A stretch of DNA of 63,802 bases, the filler included, from Chiloscyllium plagiosum (taxonomy: Eukaryota), in assembly GCF_004010195.1 (NCBI RefSeq). It is 5 parts of one record of this genome, joined end to end, with 100 filler letters (N's around TTAATTAATTAA, not from the genome) between each part and the next. Parts side by side here need not be neighbours in the genome. Positions count along the whole stretch, not along the records: positions 56,793 to 63,802 come from NC_057716.1; 4 more parts are not named here. One strand, written 5' to 3'. The notes under the pieces were generated by a model. The model worked only from the letters and a program-made list of their open reading frames with translations. It was not told where the DNA came from and ran no database searches. This document shows positions 61,022-63,802 of the stretch, piece by piece (within the stretch, counting starts at the first letter, position 1; each line of letters starts with the position of its first letter). A program made the translations under genes and the position numbers.

Positions 61022-62102
61022 AGGAGAACGGGCGCCCCATTTCTTGCACTTCCAATTGTGCTCCTGCATAACAACAGATGCAAAGTCACGTGAAAAAGTT
61101 CCATGATCCCTCTCCGACTCGCACAACTGCTGGGATGTGCCCATCTGCAACCTCAATTTCGCAGCAGATAATGATAGCCCATCTATCCAGACTAAAATCA
61201 ATTGTAAGCTGAGTATGTCTTCTCAGACTCTTTTCAGCTACAAATGTATCTGTGAGTGCGTGAGAATATATGTTCGCTTATGATTTGGTCAAATTACCAT
61301 GAGCTGCTTGACATTACTCCAATTTCGATTCTTGCTTTGCAAAATAATTTTAGCCATTGCTCAAAACAGACAACTTTCACGTTTACACGGAACATGAAAC
61401 ACACCTGACTACAGGGAAAATGCACAAAGCTGAGCAGGCCGTGTTCCACATCATACCGTGCAGCATAGTTTCAGTCACTGTGTCTGTTTTGCAGAATAAG
61501 AGTCCCAAAGAATGTTCTCCACCCTAAAACCGGAGGTAGCATTACAATCCGAGAACGACAGATCACATTGTGAGGATACTCTGAACTCATAGAGTTCGAA
61601 ATGCCACTTTCCTTGCCTTTTTGCCTTAACCGTGCAATTCGCTTCAGAGATCTTCACACCTGGATATGAGCCACATGGGTACCAACTGAGTTGGAAACCT
61701 GTGTGGGAATCGACGAGAAGCGACTCAATACATTTTGCTAAATTCCATGGTGCTTTTTAGAATTGCTATCTCTGTTCACCTCAATCTAAAAGGCAGTTTC
61801 TGAACATAGTAACAGAAGTCAAAAGGTAATTAGCTCACCCACCCCCCTCTCCGGAAGAGGTGCTAACTGCCCTTGAGTGCTTTTTGTTCTCGATGTGAAG
61901 AGCTCTCACGCCTGAGTCACCTTCACACGTCTCTGGTTGCTGAGTGAATCACAAAGAAGGAATTTCACCAGAGCTGCAACTGCCTCACTTCCCCACTCCC
62001 CCTCCCAGTTTACATTTTCCTGCTCGTCAGTGATTTAAAGAAAACCAAATAGATGCGATGTCATTCTGTAGCCTCTCTGTCGATTCCACCGTTTCAGTTC
62101 CA

Positions 62103-62183
62103 GTGGATGGGTTGCGCTTCGGCGGGTCGGTGTGGACTTGTTGGGCCGACGGGCCTGTTTCCACACTGTAAAGTAATCTAATC
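62103..62183 (+). mobile_element. 3' tail of HE1-like SINE / partner LINE
   Basis: ttcggcgggtcggtgtggacttgttgggccga.gggcctgtttccacactgtaaagtaatctaatct, the same tail as 32741-32820. Confidence 0.85.
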
Positions 62184-63324
62184 TTGTAGAGCGGTGGCAT
62201 GTGACCTCATCAGAACTGTGTCAGAATGAAACAGAGAACAAGAATTGTCCGTCATATTCACACCTACATTTGACTCATAATGTCTTCAGTCACTTTCTCT
62301 CTCACGTGAAGCAGCCATGGAGAGGGAAATAAAGGCCATGTTGTGGCTCAATAGCCTTTCTGATATGGCTGAACCTGAATTGGATTAAATCGCAAGAAAC
62401 GCTGTTTTGTTCGTTTCATTTTAATTTTGCTGCAACCTCACAATGTTCATTGTAATAATCAGAAGTGAATTAGATTTATCTCATTGTAACGATTAATGTT
62501 GTATTCAAATTTGCTCCGACTTTATTTCAGTTTAAGGAAAGTATTGCTTAGAAAATTAGAGTGTTAAAATGCAAAAGGAAACCCACCAGTTTTGTTGCTC
62601 GTTGCTTTGGCAGATTTCACCGAGTAGAAAATGGACCAAACATCATGGTGTTTGTCCTCACATCTTTAAAGCCGGAAGTCGATCTCCAAGCAACTGGTCA
62701 CTTCTTATTCATTATGTAATATCATCCCTTCACAATGAGAAAAATCCGCTCAGTTCCATTTACAATGCTTCAGGTAGAATATTATGCCAAATCTTTCAAA
62801 ATCCAGAGTTTATGGAACCGAATCTTATTCAGCTGCACGCGTTCACGAAATGTATTTACATTTAAAGTCAACCCACTTAGACATTATTTCCCCGCAACTT
62901 CCGACCAACTACACCCCACCCCTACACCTTTTTCTAGCCACACGCTGTCTCTCTCCTTGTGAAATTTATTCCTTGTATGTCACCAAATGTGCCTTTCCAA
63001 ATGTTTTGAAAAACAGATTGTCGGAGTGACAGCGATTCTGTTCACATCATTTCTTTTTCCTTCAAAGGTTTTATCAAACGTTTTGAATGTCTCGCGTCTC
63101 GATGTTTACTTACTTGCAAGAGGGAATTTTCCACCTATTTACTCTGTCCAAACATTTCATAACCTGAAAAAAATCCAATTAAGTCTTTCTTGGTTCAGGG
63201 ATAACTGTTCTAAATTTTTGAAAACAACAAGTGAATAAAATCTCATCCTCAGTATACCTCGTCAGCATCGCTTCTACTGGTTTTACACCCCAGTAAACAC
63301 CGTCAGTATCCTCTCCGATAGATT

Positions 63325-63648
63325 CACAGAATCCTACAGTGCAGAAAGAGCATTTCAGTCAATCGAGCCGGTGTCGACTCTCTGAAGAGCATCTCACCAA
63401 GACCTATCTTTCCTCCCCATTCTCTTATATTTCACCAGAAGAAGGGGCAACCCTCCCCATTATGATGTCAAATAAAGCTGTTGGGCTATAACCTGGCGTC
63501 CTGTGACTTCTTTCATTGTCCCCGCGTTACCCATGGCTAATTCACTTAATTTACTTAATTCAATCCCTGGACACGAGAGGGCAATTTAACTTGACCAATC
63601 AACATAACTCTCAGACCGAACAGCAGTGCGAATTACTGAGCCAATGTT
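63325..63648 (-). mobile_element. Degenerate HE1-like SINE
   Basis: cacagaatcctacagtgcagaaagag...gggcaatttaacttgaccaatc...cagcagtgcgaattactgagcc. Confidence 0.55.
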
Positions 63649-63802
63649 CCATCATAGTGAGCAAAACCTGAATCATTTATAATGGCTTTATACCCTGGTA
63701 ACTCAACCTCATCAACCCAAATTCAGTGTATCGAAACGCTACTCTGTGTTTTACAATCTGATTCGTGCTGCGGGAAATGTTTCTGCACTCATATTTGAAT
63801 GC

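Overview
Eukaryotic, repeat-dense, gapped draft scaffold. It is almost certainly a cartilaginous fish (shark-type), inferred from HE1-like V-SINEs, CR1 LINEs and Penelope-like elements. I find no intact protein-coding gene; the ORF track is mostly noise, transposon fragments and N-runs. Contents: (i) a decayed tRNA gene cluster of 11 recognisable copies (Asp, His x3, Glu x2, Arg x2, Val x2, Leu), of which only tRNA-Val(AAC) is near-intact, carried in duplicated multi-kb units; (ii) nested inverted and tandem segmental duplications; (iii) CR1 LINEs including a near full-length copy, many Penelope-like (GIY-YIG) fragments, SINEs and a Gypsy fragment with integrase ahead of the RT-RNase H region; (iv) a decayed class I endogenous retrovirus (gag-pro); (v) two convergent C2H2 zinc-finger pseudogene arrays. 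The most interesting non-coding signal is a set of minimal type I hammerhead-ribozyme motifs (CUGANGA...GAAAC-GUH, no stem III) at the ends of at least three Penelope-like families. Related to these are hairpin-shaped non-autonomous derivatives, an 80-bp insertion with a 15-bp TSD and an empty paralogous site, and a PLE-bounded local inversion. Hammerheads in Penelope-like elements are known in general, so I do not claim a wholly new system. Coordinates of degenerate repeats are approximate and were read by eye.
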